A stretch of 22,939 nucleotides of DNA from Halodesulfurarchaeum sp. Lineage in GTDB: Archaea > Halobacteriota > Halobacteria > Halobacteriales > Halobacteriaceae. Positions 8,353-17,981 of this stretch are shown here, piece after piece. The stretch spans positions 1-22,939 of the forward strand of contig JBDGUI010000025.1 in assembly GCA_042216015.1 (NCBI GenBank). Reading direction: 5' to 3'. Positions within the stretch are counted from its first letter, which is position 1, and the number at the start of each line of letters is the position of its first letter. The position numbers were made by a program, and so were the translations under genes. The notes under the pieces are model-generated. The model was not told the origin of the DNA. It did no database searches and was given only the letters and a program-made list of their open reading frames with translations.

Positions 8353-9513
8353 ATGACCGACTTCGACATCATCCCGCCGGAGAAAATCGCCTCCGGCGAG
8401 GCGACCGACGCCTACTTCGACCGAACCGTCGAGACCCTCGAGGCAGCCGGTCGGAATCCGCGGGTCGTCGCGGAGGTGACCGCCGATCAGTTCTCCGACG
8501 GGGAGTTCGAACTACTCGCCGGCCTCGAGGACGCCGTGGCGCTTCTCGAGGGCCACCCGGTCGACGTCTGGGCCCTCCCGGAGGGGACGCTCTTCGACGG
8601 TGGGCCGGTCATGCGGATCGAGGGGAATTACCTCGAGTTCGCCCGCTTCGAGACCTCCCTCCTCGGCTTTCTCTCCCACGCGAGCGGAATCGCCACGCAC
8701 GCCATGGAGGTCGCAGAGGCCGCCGGCGAGACCCCCGTGTTGAGCTTCGGAGCCCGTCACGTTCACCCCTCGATGGCCGGCGTCGTGGAGCGTTCGGCCC
8801 TGCTCGGTGGCATGGACGGGTTCTCACACGTCGCCGCGGGGGACCTCCTCGGCCGGGAGGCGAGCGGAACGATGCCCCACGCACTTTTGATCTGCTTCGG
8901 TCGGGGCAATCAGGAGGCGGCCTGGCGGGCCTACGACGAGGCCGTCTCGCCGGACACCCCGCGGGTGGCACTCTGTGATACGTACTCCGACGAGGTTGAC
9001 GAGGTGCTCCGGGCCGTCGAGACGCTCGGAGCGGACCTCGACAGCGTTCGGCTGGACACCACCTCCTCGCGCCGGGGCGATTTCGAACGCATCGTCCGGG
9101 AGACCCGCTGGGAACTCGAGGCCCGCGGGCACGATCACGTCGACATCTTCGTGAGCGGCGGGCTGGGTCCGGCGGACCTCCGCAATCTCCGGGAATACGT
9201 CGACGGCTTCGGGGTAGGCGGGTACGTGAGCAACGCCGATCCCGTCGACTTCGCCCTCGACATCGTCGAGGTGGAGGGCGAACCGGCGGCAAAGCGCGGG
9301 AAACGCTCGGGGAAAAAGCAGGTCTATCGGACGCCGGACGGCGGCCATCACGTGACCCTTATCGACCGTGTCGGTCCGTCCGGCGGCACGGCACTGCTGG
9401 AACCCGTGATCGAGGACGGGACGGTGGTCCGGGAGTTCGACCTCGACGCGGCCATCGATCGGGCCGAGCGCGACAGGGACCGCGTGGACCCGTTCACCGA
9501 TCCCGGCGCGTGA
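8353..9513 (+). CDS. pncB: Nicotinate phosphoribosyltransferase
   Basis: ATDAYF, FETSLLGFLSHASGIAT, SFGARHVHP, SGTMPHAL (phospho-His motif), LCDTY, VRLDT, FVSGGL, FGVG, AKRGK. Confidence 0.92.
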   Translation: MTDFDIIPPEKIASGEATDAYFDRTVETLEAAGRNPRVVAEVTADQFSDGEFELLAGLEDAVALLEGHPVDVWALPEGTLFDGGPVMRIEGNYLEFARFETSLLGFLSHASGIATHAMEVAEAAGETPVLSFGARHVHPSMAGVVERSALLGGMDGFSHVAAGDLLGREASGTMPHALLICFGRGNQEAAWRAYDEAVSPDTPRVALCDTYSDEVDEVLRAVETLGADLDSVRLDTTSSRRGDFERIVRETRWELEARGHDHVDIFVSGGLGPADLRNLREYVDGFGVGGYVSNADPVDFALDIVEVEGEPAAKRGKRSGKKQVYRTPDGGHHVTLIDRVGPSGGTALLEPVIEDGTVVREFDLDAAIDRAERDRDRVDPFTDPGA

Positions 9514-10534
9514 GGTGCACGTCAGCGGGCGAAATGGTGGCCCTGACCGATTCGCCCACGGCGAGTCGACCCGCCACATCCCTGTCGACCGACGCCGTGA
9601 GCCGGTCGATCCCGGGTCCCTCGAGCACGACCGTCGCCCCGGTGTTGCGGGTGCGAATCCGCGACACCGAACAGGAAATCGTGTTCCGGTCGCCACCCGG
9701 CATTCGTGCGTTGGGATCGAGCTCGATCGCTTCGGGGTGAATCGCCACGGACACCGGTGCCTCCGGCGGGTTCCCCGCGGCCTCGATTTTCGTCCCGCCC
9801 ACCTCGAGGACGGTCCCGGTCCCGTTCGCCTCCACTACCGACGCCGGATAGCAGTTCTCCATCCCGAGGAACTCGGCGACGAAGGCGTGTTTCGGCCGCT
9901 CGAAGACCGCCTCGGTCGGCCCCTCGCGGACCACATCGCCGTCCTCGAGGATCGCGAGCCGGTCGCCGACGATCGCGGCCTCTGCCTGGTCGTGGGTCAC
10001 GTAGACCACCGGAATGCCCAGGTCCGCGAGCACGTCACGGAGATCGAGCCGCAGCCGGCGACGAATGGGAGCATCGAGACTCGAGATCGGTTCGTCGAGC
10101 AGCAGGACCGTCGGTTCGGAGACCAGCGCCCGCGCCAGGCCGACGCGCTGGGCCTCCCCACCCGAGAGGCTCTCGGGATTCCGATCCAGGAGATGTTCGA
10201 TCTCGAGGAGCGACGCCGTGGATTCGATGGGCCCCGATTCTCCCGCGCCGAATTCGAGATTCTCCCGAACCGAGAGGTGAGGGAAGAGCGCGTAGTTCTG
10301 GAAGACCATGCCGACCGAGCGGTCCTCCGGCGGTCGGGTATCGATGCGCCGGCCGTCGACGCACACCCGTCCTGAATCGGGGGATTCGAATCCCGCAACC
10401 AGGGAGAGAAGCGTGGACTTGCCGCTTCCCGATGGCCCGAGGACGGCCGTGACCCCCGGTTCGACGGTGAGGGAGAGCGGCCCGAGTGTGAAATCCTCGT
10501 AGCGCCGTTCGAGGCCGTCGAGTATCAGGGTCAT
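9494..10534 (-). CDS. wtpC: Tungstate/molybdate ABC transporter ATP-binding subunit (WtpC/ModC-like, C-terminal TOBE)
   Basis: Walker A GPSGSGKS, Q-loop VFQNYALFPHL, signature LSGGE, Walker B LLLDEP, H-loop VTHD and an OB/TOBE-like tail. ATGA overlap with the permease. Confidence 0.85.
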   Translation of the reverse strand: MTLILDGLERRYEDFTLGPLSLTVEPGVTAVLGPSGSGKSTLLSLVAGFESPDSGRVCVDGRRIDTRPPEDRSVGMVFQNYALFPHLSVRENLEFGAGESGPIESTASLLEIEHLLDRNPESLSGGEAQRVGLARALVSEPTVLLLDEPISSLDAPIRRRLRLDLRDVLADLGIPVVYVTHDQAEAAIVGDRLAILEDGDVVREGPTEAVFERPKHAFVAEFLGMENCYPASVVEANGTGTVLEVGGTKIEAAGNPPEAPVSVAIHPEAIELDPNARMPGGDRNTISCSVSRIRTRNTGATVVLEGPGIDRLTASVDRDVAGRLAVGESVRATISPADVHLTRRDR

Positions 10535-11367
10535 CGCGCGCCAAAGGAGAGTCGGTTGCCGGCGAGCTGGAGTGAGAGCACGACGAGGAAACCCAGGACC
10601 AGCAACACGATCACGAGGGGAGTCGTCGCGCTTATTCCGTCCGAGATGAAGGTGACCCAGATCTGGGTCGGCATCGTCGTCGGGTGATAGGCGGTCATCA
10701 TCGTGGCCCCGAACTCGCCCATCGCTCGGGCGAAGGTGAGCACGACGCCGGCGAGGATGCTTCCTCTGGCGAGCGGCAGGGAGACGAGTCGGAACGTCTC
10801 GATCGGTCCCTTCCCGAGGCTGCGGGCCGCCTGTTCGATTTCCCGATCGACGGCGGCGAATCCTGATCGGGCCGTGATGACGACGAAGGGCGAGGCGACG
10901 AAGGTCTGGGCCAGCACGATGCCGAAGTAGCTATCCGTGAGCGGGATGCCAAGCGACGCCGCGGCCGCCCCGAGTGGAGTGAAGTGGCCGAACCCGGTGA
11001 GGAGCATCACCCCGCCGACCACCGGTGGCATCACGAGGGGCAGGACGACCAGCGCGTCGACGACGACCTTCCCGGGGAAGGTCGTCCTGGCCAGCACATA
11101 GGCCAGCGGGACGCCGAAGACCGTCGCGATGGCCGTGGAGACCGGCGCGGAGAGCAGCGAGTACTTGACCGCATTGAGCACGCCCGGTTCGAGGAAGGCC
11201 CCGAGTCCCAGTCCGTCCCCCCAGGTGAAAAACGACACGAACGGGTAGAGGAGATAGACGAAGAGCACGCCCCCGAGGAGCGCGAAGACCCCGTTCTCGT
11301 GGAGCATCCGTCCGCCGAACCCGTACTCCCCCCGCGAAATCTGCCTGACCGACTCGGCGTAGCTCAT
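10531..11367 (-). CDS. wtpB: Tungstate/molybdate ABC transporter permease (WtpB/ModB-like)
   Basis: From ATG 11367 (MSYAESVRQ), which overlaps the wtpA stop. LPLVMPPVVGG, EAA loop EIEQAARSLG, FARAMGEFGAT and several TM helices. Confidence 0.88.
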   Translation of the reverse strand: MSYAESVRQISRGEYGFGGRMLHENGVFALLGGVLFVYLLYPFVSFFTWGDGLGLGAFLEPGVLNAVKYSLLSAPVSTAIATVFGVPLAYVLARTTFPGKVVVDALVVLPLVMPPVVGGVMLLTGFGHFTPLGAAAASLGIPLTDSYFGIVLAQTFVASPFVVITARSGFAAVDREIEQAARSLGKGPIETFRLVSLPLARGSILAGVVLTFARAMGEFGATMMTAYHPTTMPTQIWVTFISDGISATTPLVIVLLVLGFLVVLSLQLAGNRLSFGAR

Positions 11368-12350
11368 GGGAGCACCTCCGCGGGAACCGCGCCGTGGGGA
11401 TTCGGCAGTCGATCGGGCACGACGAGGCCGTTCTCGGTGAGCAGATCCGGATTCGCGAGCAGGAATTCGACGAACGCCCGTCCCGCCTCGGGATGGGGCG
11501 CCTGCTTCGGGACGGTCGCGGAATACAGGATCGGCCTCCCCTTGACGGTGGTTCCATCCGCGGTTGTGTAGGTCACATCGGCGTAGTGATCCGCGTCTGC
11601 TGGGTTCGAAAAGTCCAGTTCGTCGGGGAGTTCGACATACGGGAGGTCGTGATCGACGGCCATGTTCCTGTACACGATCGCGGCGGCGCGGTTTTTCGAC
11701 TCGATCCCGGCGAGGAGATGGGGTTCGCTCGGATCGACGACGAGGTTCGCGGCGAGGTCCTTCGCGAGTCCCGGTTCGTCGTAGTAGTCCTCGGCCAGTT
11801 CGAACAGCATGACGGCCCGGTAGCCGAGCGGATCGAGGTCCGGGTCCGACCGGGCGATCTCGGCATCTGCCGACCGGAGCACCTCGTACCACGGCTCGCC
11901 GGCCGCGAGCCGTCTGCCGACCTCGGTAGCCGGAGCATAGGCGATCACCAGCGCGTTCGTCGCGAAGACGACGTCCCAGGGGGCGATCGAATCGGGCAAG
12001 CGCTCGCGGAGGAGCGAGGCATCCGCACTCACGACCACGTCGGGGCGTTTCTGTCCATCGAGGGCCATTCGAATGACCGTGTTCGAACCGTGGAACTCCC
12101 CGCGATAGCCGTAATCGCGTTCGGCCTCGAAGGCCGGACCCAGCGTGGACTCGAAGACCGACGCGAGACTTCCAGCGGAGAGGACCGAGACCTTCGTTTT
12201 TCCCCCGAGACAGCCGGCCAGTGCACAGATGGTGCCCGCTCCGGTCGAGGACAGAAACTGCCGTCTGGAAAGTGCCTGCTCACCGGCCCGACCGCTTTTG
12301 GCCTGATCGCCTGCCGGACTTCCGTCGGGCGGACGGGAACCCCCGCTCAT
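11364..12350 (-). CDS. wtpA: WtpA-type tungstate/molybdate-binding Tat lipoprotein
   Basis: Tat motif SRRQFL plus lipobox LAGC. SAGSL, GS, DVVVSAD, RSDPDLDPLGYR, PSEPHL, YRNMA and YVELPDELDFS match WtpA/ModA-class oxyanion binders. Confidence 0.85.
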   Translation of the reverse strand: MSGGSRPPDGSPAGDQAKSGRAGEQALSRRQFLSSTGAGTICALAGCLGGKTKVSVLSAGSLASVFESTLGPAFEAERDYGYRGEFHGSNTVIRMALDGQKRPDVVVSADASLLRERLPDSIAPWDVVFATNALVIAYAPATEVGRRLAAGEPWYEVLRSADAEIARSDPDLDPLGYRAVMLFELAEDYYDEPGLAKDLAANLVVDPSEPHLLAGIESKNRAAAIVYRNMAVDHDLPYVELPDELDFSNPADADHYADVTYTTADGTTVKGRPILYSATVPKQAPHPEAGRAFVEFLLANPDLLTENGLVVPDRLPNPHGAVPAEVLP

Positions 12351-12499
12351 GCGTGTATGTAACGTATTGTGGTTTACTTATGCGTTTTCAAAAACCATTG
12401 AAGGTAACAAATACGCACTCGAGCCCCGCGAGACAACCAAAACCCGTTTCGAATCACCCCGACCGAACGGCTTAGGGGGCTCCGCGTCGAAATTCCGCC

Positions 12500-12838
12500 G
12501 GGTAGCGGACGCCCGACCCCCGTGTCCCGCGTGGACATGAGGAAAGTCCCCCCACCGCCGGACAGGCGATCGGGCACACGCCCGGGACGGGAGACCGTCG
12601 GGCCCTGGAACAGAAACGACACGGCTCCGCTCGACCGATGAGGTGTGCGACACCGCTGCGAGCCCGGGTTCGCCCGGAAAGCGGCGGCAAGCTAACCCGC
12701 CGAGGGCCGACGGCGGAGCATCGATGGAACGGTCATCCCTCGCCGGTGCAAGTTCGCGCGCACAAGGTAGTCCGGCTCGGCGCGAACGCTCAGCCGAATG
12801 TCGGGTCGAAACAGAAGGGGGCTTACGACCCGCAACCC
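12500..12838 (+). ncRNA. rnpB: Archaeal RNase P RNA
   Basis: GAGGAAAGTCC at about 12539-12549, plus GGAACAGAAAC, GGTGCAAG, GCCGAATG and AAACAGAAGGGGGCTTA. P1 GGGTAGCGG/CCGCAACCC, P2 CCCGAC/GTCGGG, P3 GTGTCC/GGACAT. Ends are approximate. A short pyrimidine tract follows. Confidence 0.95.
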
Positions 12839-13040
12839 ACTTTCCTGCAAAGAGCGGGTGCGTTATCCCGTGTTTTCTCCCCGCTGGGCAGGGATCACCT
12901 GTCCCGTGAAGTGGACGAACGTTTATTGCCGAACACCGGGCCAGTGGGGACCATGTCCTGACCGCCGACCCGGAACGGTTTCGCGGGAGCGTGGGAGCCC
13001 GTTCCGGATCTCTTCCCGCCTGTTCGCCAGGGGTCCGTAT

Positions 13041-13170
13041 TTGAAATTCGAATTCGTCGACTGTTCGCCTCCTCCAGCATCTGGAATCCGATTTGCCCAC
13101 CTGATCGTGGCCACCCGGATCTGGAATCCGGATTCTCCAGCGGATCGTTTTCGCCCGGATCTGGAGCTCG
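13041..13170. repeat. Degenerate 40-bp tandem repeat (about 3.25 units) with a palindromic core
   Basis: Units start at 13041, 13081, 13121 and 13161 (partial). Ungapped identity counted by hand: 30/40 (13081 vs 13121) and 24/40 (13041 vs each of those). Confidence 0.7.
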
Positions 13171-13459
13171 AACCCGGGGCCGTCTCTCCCACCGCCTTCT
13201 GGGTTCTTCTCTCGGAGTCCGGACGCGGTGTCGACTGCGAGTCGTGTGTCAGGTCGTCGAAGCGGGCGAGCACGCTCCGGAACCCACCCCAGGTGACGAC
13301 CGTGTTCGGGAAACGAAGTTGTGAACTTCTTGCATAACCGATGGAGGAGAATATTTCTCACTCGCTCCGAAATCGCCCATTATCCGAAAATTCGACGTTT
13401 TCGGGGCAACTCCGCTGCATCGCCAGATTGAAAGCACTCCAGTATTGAGTGAATCGCAC

Positions 13460-14359
13460 ATGGCAGATGTCATTATCATCGGCGGCGGCCCCGCCGGCGC
13501 GAGCGCAGCCATCTACACCGCTCGTGCGGGCCAGGAGACGCTGGTCTTCGACAAGGGCGGGGGCACCACCCGCGACGTGGAGACGATCGAGAACTACTAC
13601 GGGTTTCCGGAGGGCACGACCGGTCCGGAACTCGTCGAACTCGGACACGAGCACGCCGAACGATTCGGCGCGGCGTTCCTCGAGGAGGAGGTCATCCGGG
13701 TCGGTCAGGAGGGTATGCGCTACAGCGTCGAGACCGAGAGCGGCGAGTACACCGCCGAAGGGCTCATCATCGCCACCGGCGGCTCGTACAAGACCCCCGG
13801 AATCCGCTACATCGAGGACTACGAGAACCAGGGTGTCTCCCACTGCGTCGAGTGTGATGCCTTCTTCTTCCAGGATCAGACAGTCGGGGTCGTCGGCGCG
13901 GAGAATTACGCCGGCAAGGAGGCCCTGCTCCTGCTCGATTACACCGACGACGTGACCCTTTACACCAATGGCGACGACCTCGCGATGGACGAACACCTCA
14001 AAAAGCGTCTCGAGCGCGAGGGCATCTCGATCGTGACCGATTCGATCGACCGCGTCGAGGGCGATGACGAACTCGAACGCGCAGTCTTCGAGGCCGGAGC
14101 CGAGGTCGCACTCGACGGACTCTTCGTCGCCGTCGGACAGGCCGGCGGCCAGGACCTCGCGGAGATGCTCGGCCTCCCGACCGACGGGAACTACATCGAC
14201 GTGGACGAGGAGCAACAAGCGGGCATGGAGAAGGTCTACGCGGCGGGTGACTGCATCGGTGGGAACCGGCAGGTCGCCTCCTCCGTTGGCGAGGGGGCAG
14301 ACGCCGCGATCAACCTGCTCGAGGAGCTTCGCGGGGCGACCTACGTGGATTACTCCTGA
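13460..14359 (+). CDS. Thioredoxin-reductase-like FAD-dependent disulfide oxidoreductase
   Basis: FAD motif IIGGGPAGASAAIY, IENYYGFP, IIATG, redox CxxC (GVSHCVECD) and VYAAGDC. Start at ATG 13460. Confidence 0.88.
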   Translation: MADVIIIGGGPAGASAAIYTARAGQETLVFDKGGGTTRDVETIENYYGFPEGTTGPELVELGHEHAERFGAAFLEEEVIRVGQEGMRYSVETESGEYTAEGLIIATGGSYKTPGIRYIEDYENQGVSHCVECDAFFFQDQTVGVVGAENYAGKEALLLLDYTDDVTLYTNGDDLAMDEHLKKRLEREGISIVTDSIDRVEGDDELERAVFEAGAEVALDGLFVAVGQAGGQDLAEMLGLPTDGNYIDVDEEQQAGMEKVYAAGDCIGGNRQVASSVGEGADAAINLLEELRGATYVDYS

Positions 14360-14430
14360 TCGCCTGCGGGTCCGTCCGGTTCGTTGCCGAATGATCACGT
14401 CTAAGGCGGTGGCAGCCATTTGATCGGTGA

Positions 14431-15327
14431 ATGCGAGAGGCGACGCTGGGGGGCCTGATGGTCCTCGTGGCCGCAACGGGATTCGGGACGCTCGCGATCT
14501 TCGGGAAATTCGCCGAGGCAGCGGCTCTGAGTCGCCCGACGCTCCTCTTCTTTCGGTTCACGCTCGGGGCCGCGATCGTCTGGACCGTGTTATTCGCCCG
14601 GAACGATCTCTCGATCCTCTCGGGACGACCACTCTACGCGACGGTGGTTCTCGGCGTCCTGTACGGGCTGCTCACCCTGGCGTATTTCCGGGGACTCGCC
14701 TTCATGACCGCCAGCCTCACCGCGATCGTCTTCTACACCTACCCGATCTTCGTCTTCGGACTCTCCGTGCCGATCCTGAACGAGCGCCTGACCCCGGTTT
14801 CACTCTCGGCGCTGGTCCTCGCGCTCGCTGGAGTCGTTATGGTCATCGGGATCGACGCGAGCCAGGTCTCACTTCTCGGTATCGCGTTCGTCACCGCGGC
14901 CGCGGCGGGCTACGGCATCTACACCGTCGCCGGCCGGGTGCTCACGGCTGATACCGATCCCACCCACCTCACAGCCCACGTCCTCGTGGTCACGGCCCTC
15001 ACCATCGGCGTCCGGTGGGGGATGGAGGGATTCCACCTTCCCCGGACGGCGACACACTGGTGGATCATCCTCGGCATCGGCGTGCTGGGCACCGGAATCC
15101 CGCTCTTGCTCCTCTATGAGGGGCTCGGACGCATCGAAGCGACCCACGCGAGTATACTTGGTACCGCCGAACCTGTCGCGACGGTCATCCTGGGGGTGAG
15201 TATCCTCGACGAGACGCTCACGCTTCGGACGATCCTCGGGGCGGTCCTGATTCTGGGTGGGGTAACCCTCGTGCAAACCTCGCGGAAAAAGCGACAGTGG
15301 CTGCTCGCAAAAGTCGGGCTGCACTGA
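14431..15327 (+). CDS. EamA/DMT family transporter
   Basis: About 10 TM helices in two repeats. LLFFRF, FYTYPIFV..LS..ILNERL and AEPVATVILGVSILDETLT. Confidence 0.9.
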   Translation: MREATLGGLMVLVAATGFGTLAIFGKFAEAAALSRPTLLFFRFTLGAAIVWTVLFARNDLSILSGRPLYATVVLGVLYGLLTLAYFRGLAFMTASLTAIVFYTYPIFVFGLSVPILNERLTPVSLSALVLALAGVVMVIGIDASQVSLLGIAFVTAAAAGYGIYTVAGRVLTADTDPTHLTAHVLVVTALTIGVRWGMEGFHLPRTATHWWIILGIGVLGTGIPLLLLYEGLGRIEATHASILGTAEPVATVILGVSILDETLTLRTILGAVLILGGVTLVQTSRKKRQWLLAKVGLH

Positions 15328-15356
15328 TCGTCCCTTCAGGCAACGTCTGGCCGCTC

Positions 15357-17981
15357 TCAGGGAACGACGACGATCGTTCCGAAGGAGGCCTCGAGCACGG
15401 CGACCTCCTCGCCGGCCTCGGTCCGGTACTCGGTGTTCACCGAGACCATCTCCGGGTCGACCGTCACCGTCGAGCCATCGATGGACACCTCGACGGGCCC
15501 GCCGGAATCCAGCTGGGCCTTGATCGTGTCCGGATCGCTTCCCTCGAGGGCGGCCATGACCCTTCCGGCCTCGTCCCGGAAGGTCGGCCCGATCTGGGCC
15601 TCGTCCGGGTCGACGTCCGTGGCGACCTCCTCGAGGTCGGGCCGTCCGATCGACGTGCGGATCGGGGCTCCAACGGTCTCGCTCAGGTCGTAGGTGTCGA
15701 CGCCGTGCTGTGGTTCCTCCTCGAAGTACAGTTCGACGCGTTCGAGTTCGGCGTTCAGCGCGATCCCCTGCTCGGACTTCCAGGCCCGGACCGTCCGGGC
15801 GGCCTCGGCGATGTCCTCGCCGACGGTCGTGTCACCGTCGGGTGTCTCGGTTCCGGGCCAGTCGGCCCGGTGGACACTCCCCTCGGTCCCCGGCAGGTGG
15901 TGCCAGATCTCCTCCGCGAGGAAGGGGCTGAAGGGCGCGAGCAATCGGACGACTGCCGAGAGCGTTTCGTAGAGCGCTGCCCGGGCGGCGTCACGCTCGC
16001 CCGGCCGGCCGTTGTAGAGTCGGCCCTTTACCAGTTCGAGGTAGTCGTCGGCGAGGTCCTCCCAGACGAACTCCCGGAGGGTCCTGACGGCGATGTCGAA
16101 CCGATTATCGTCCATCGCGTCGGTCATCTCCCCGGTGACGGTCGCGAGGCGGTCGAGAATCCAGCGGTCGGTGTCTCGGTAGGCCGGCGCGGTGATCTCG
16201 GGTGTATCCGCATCGAGGTGGCCGCTGGCAAAGCGGAAGACGTTCCAGAGCTTCGTCAGGAACCGCGAGGCCGCGGTGACCTCTTTCCACTGGAACTGGA
16301 CGTCGGCCCCCGGTTGTCCGCCGACGGCCATCGCCTGCCGGAAGGCGTCGGCGCTCTCCTCCTCGAGCACCTCGTCGGGCGAGACGACGTTCCCCCGGGA
16401 TTTGGACATCTTGTTTCCGTCGGGGCCGAAGACCATGCCGTTGATCAGCGCGGTGTCCCACGGTTTCTCCTCCTCGAGTGCCGCGGTCCGGAGGATGGTG
16501 TAGAACGCCCAGGTGCGGATGATGTCGTGGCCCTGCTCGCGGAGCGCCACGGGCTCGAAGGGCTCCTCCGGCCAGCCGGCGACGTGCATCGCCGAGATGG
16601 AGGAGTCCATCCAGGTGTCCATCACGTCGGTCTCGCCGGACCACTCACCCGCCCCGCACTCGGGGCACGTCTCGATTGCCGGTTCGTGTTCGGTCGGCTC
16701 GACCGGCAGCTCCTCGACGTCGGCGATCTCCCAGTGGCCACAGTCTTCACACTGCCAGGCCGGGATCGGCGTCGCGAAGACGCGCTGACGGGAGATGACC
16801 CAGTCCCAGCTCATCCCCTCGGTCCACTCCTCGAGGCGGGCGTACATGTGCTCGGGAATCCACTCGACCTCCTGGGCCTTCTCGAGGATCTCGTCCTGGC
16901 GGACCTCGACGAACCACTGATCCTTCGAGAGGATCTCGATCGGGGTGTCACACCGCCAGCAGACCCCGACGGACTGCTCGACCGGCTCGCTGTCCACGAG
17001 CAGCCCCTCCTCCTCGAGGTCGGCGGGGATCTCCTCCGTTGCCTCCTCGATCGAGAGGCCCTCGTACTCCCCGGCGAGGTCGTTGAGGTGGCCGTCCTCG
17101 GTGAGCACCGCCCGGAGGTCGAGGTCGTACTCGGCCCACCAGTCCACGTCCTGTTTGTCCCCGAAGGTCGAGATCATCACCGCGCCGGTTCCGAACTCGG
17201 GGTCGACCGCATCGTCGGCGAGGAGTTCGACCTCCTGGCCGATCGGGGGGACCTCGAAGGTGTCACCGACTCGCCCTGCGTAGCGGTCGTCCTCGGGATG
17301 GACCGCCACTGCGCCGGTCGCGGCGAGGAGTTCCGGACGGGTCGTTGCAATTTCGACGTCGTCGTTGTCGATTCCGGGAAATCTGATGGTGTAGAGGGTG
17401 CCCTCCCGGTCCTCGGTTTCGACCTCGGCGTCCGCGATCGCGGTCTGGCAGCGGGGACACCAGTTGACGGGGTGCTCGTCCCGGTAGACGTAGTCCTTCT
17501 CGGCCATCTCGACGAAGGAACGCTGGGTCTTCCCCCAGTAGCTCGGGTCCATCGTGCGGAACTCCTGGTCCCAGTCCTGGGAGAACCCCAGTCGACGCAT
17601 CTGGGTGCGCATTGCGTCGATCTGGTCCTCCGTGTGATTCACGCACATCTGGCGGAACTCCTCCCGAGGGACGTCGGTCCGGTGGATCCCCTGATTCTCC
17701 TCGACTTTCACCTCCGTCGGGAGGCCGTGGCAGTCCCATCCCTGCGGGAACAGCACGTCCTCGCCCTGCATCCGGCGATACCTGGCGAGGAAATCCATGT
17801 AGCACCAGCCCAGTGCGTTGCCGATGTGGAGATTGCCGGTCGGGTACGGGGGCGGCGTGTCGATCACGTAGTCGGTGGCGCCGGTGTCCTCGTAGGCGTA
17901 CACCGACTCCTCGAGCCAGTAGTTCTCCCACTCGGATTCGATCCGCTCGGGCTCGTAGTTCTCGGGGATGTCCTGTGTCAT
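15357..17981 (-). CDS. valS: Valine--tRNA ligase
   Basis: [16 protein letters not shown] (HIGH motif), [34 protein letters not shown] editing domain, [18 protein letters not shown] and KMSKS. Confidence 0.97.
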   Translation of the reverse strand: MTQDIPENYEPERIESEWENYWLEESVYAYEDTGATDYVIDTPPPYPTGNLHIGNALGWCYMDFLARYRRMQGEDVLFPQGWDCHGLPTEVKVEENQGIHRTDVPREEFRQMCVNHTEDQIDAMRTQMRRLGFSQDWDQEFRTMDPSYWGKTQRSFVEMAEKDYVYRDEHPVNWCPRCQTAIADAEVETEDREGTLYTIRFPGIDNDDVEIATTRPELLAATGAVAVHPEDDRYAGRVGDTFEVPPIGQEVELLADDAVDPEFGTGAVMISTFGDKQDVDWWAEYDLDLRAVLTEDGHLNDLAGEYEGLSIEEATEEIPADLEEEGLLVDSEPVEQSVGVCWRCDTPIEILSKDQWFVEVRQDEILEKAQEVEWIPEHMYARLEEWTEGMSWDWVISRQRVFATPIPAWQCEDCGHWEIADVEELPVEPTEHEPAIETCPECGAGEWSGETDVMDTWMDSSISAMHVAGWPEEPFEPVALREQGHDIIRTWAFYTILRTAALEEEKPWDTALINGMVFGPDGNKMSKSRGNVVSPDEVLEEESADAFRQAMAVGGQPGADVQFQWKEVTAASRFLTKLWNVFRFASGHLDADTPEITAPAYRDTDRWILDRLATVTGEMTDAMDDNRFDIAVRTLREFVWEDLADDYLELVKGRLYNGRPGERDAARAALYETLSAVVRLLAPFSPFLAEEIWHHLPGTEGSVHRADWPGTETPDGDTTVGEDIAEAARTVRAWKSEQGIALNAELERVELYFEEEPQHGVDTYDLSETVGAPIRTSIGRPDLEEVATDVDPDEAQIGPTFRDEAGRVMAALEGSDPDTIKAQLDSGGPVEVSIDGSTVTVDPEMVSVNTEYRTEAGEEVAVLEASFGTIVVVP

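Noticed and set aside
13041..13170. Possible mini-CRISPR array
   Set aside because: A 40-bp period is too short for repeat plus spacer, similarity extends across whole units, and no cas genes are in the window.
13304..13323. ORB-like string GTTCGGGAAACGAAGTTGTG (and GGAAAACGAGGGGG at 21514-21527) suggesting a replication origin
   Set aside because: Only partial, isolated matches. No paired ORBs around an AT-rich unwinding element and no orc1/cdc6 gene in the window.
12378..13361. ORFs across rnpB and the downstream gap (12378..13361 -, 12798..13337 +, 12923..13273 -)
   Set aside because: They overlap RNase P RNA or lack acidic haloarchaeal composition and recognisable motifs.
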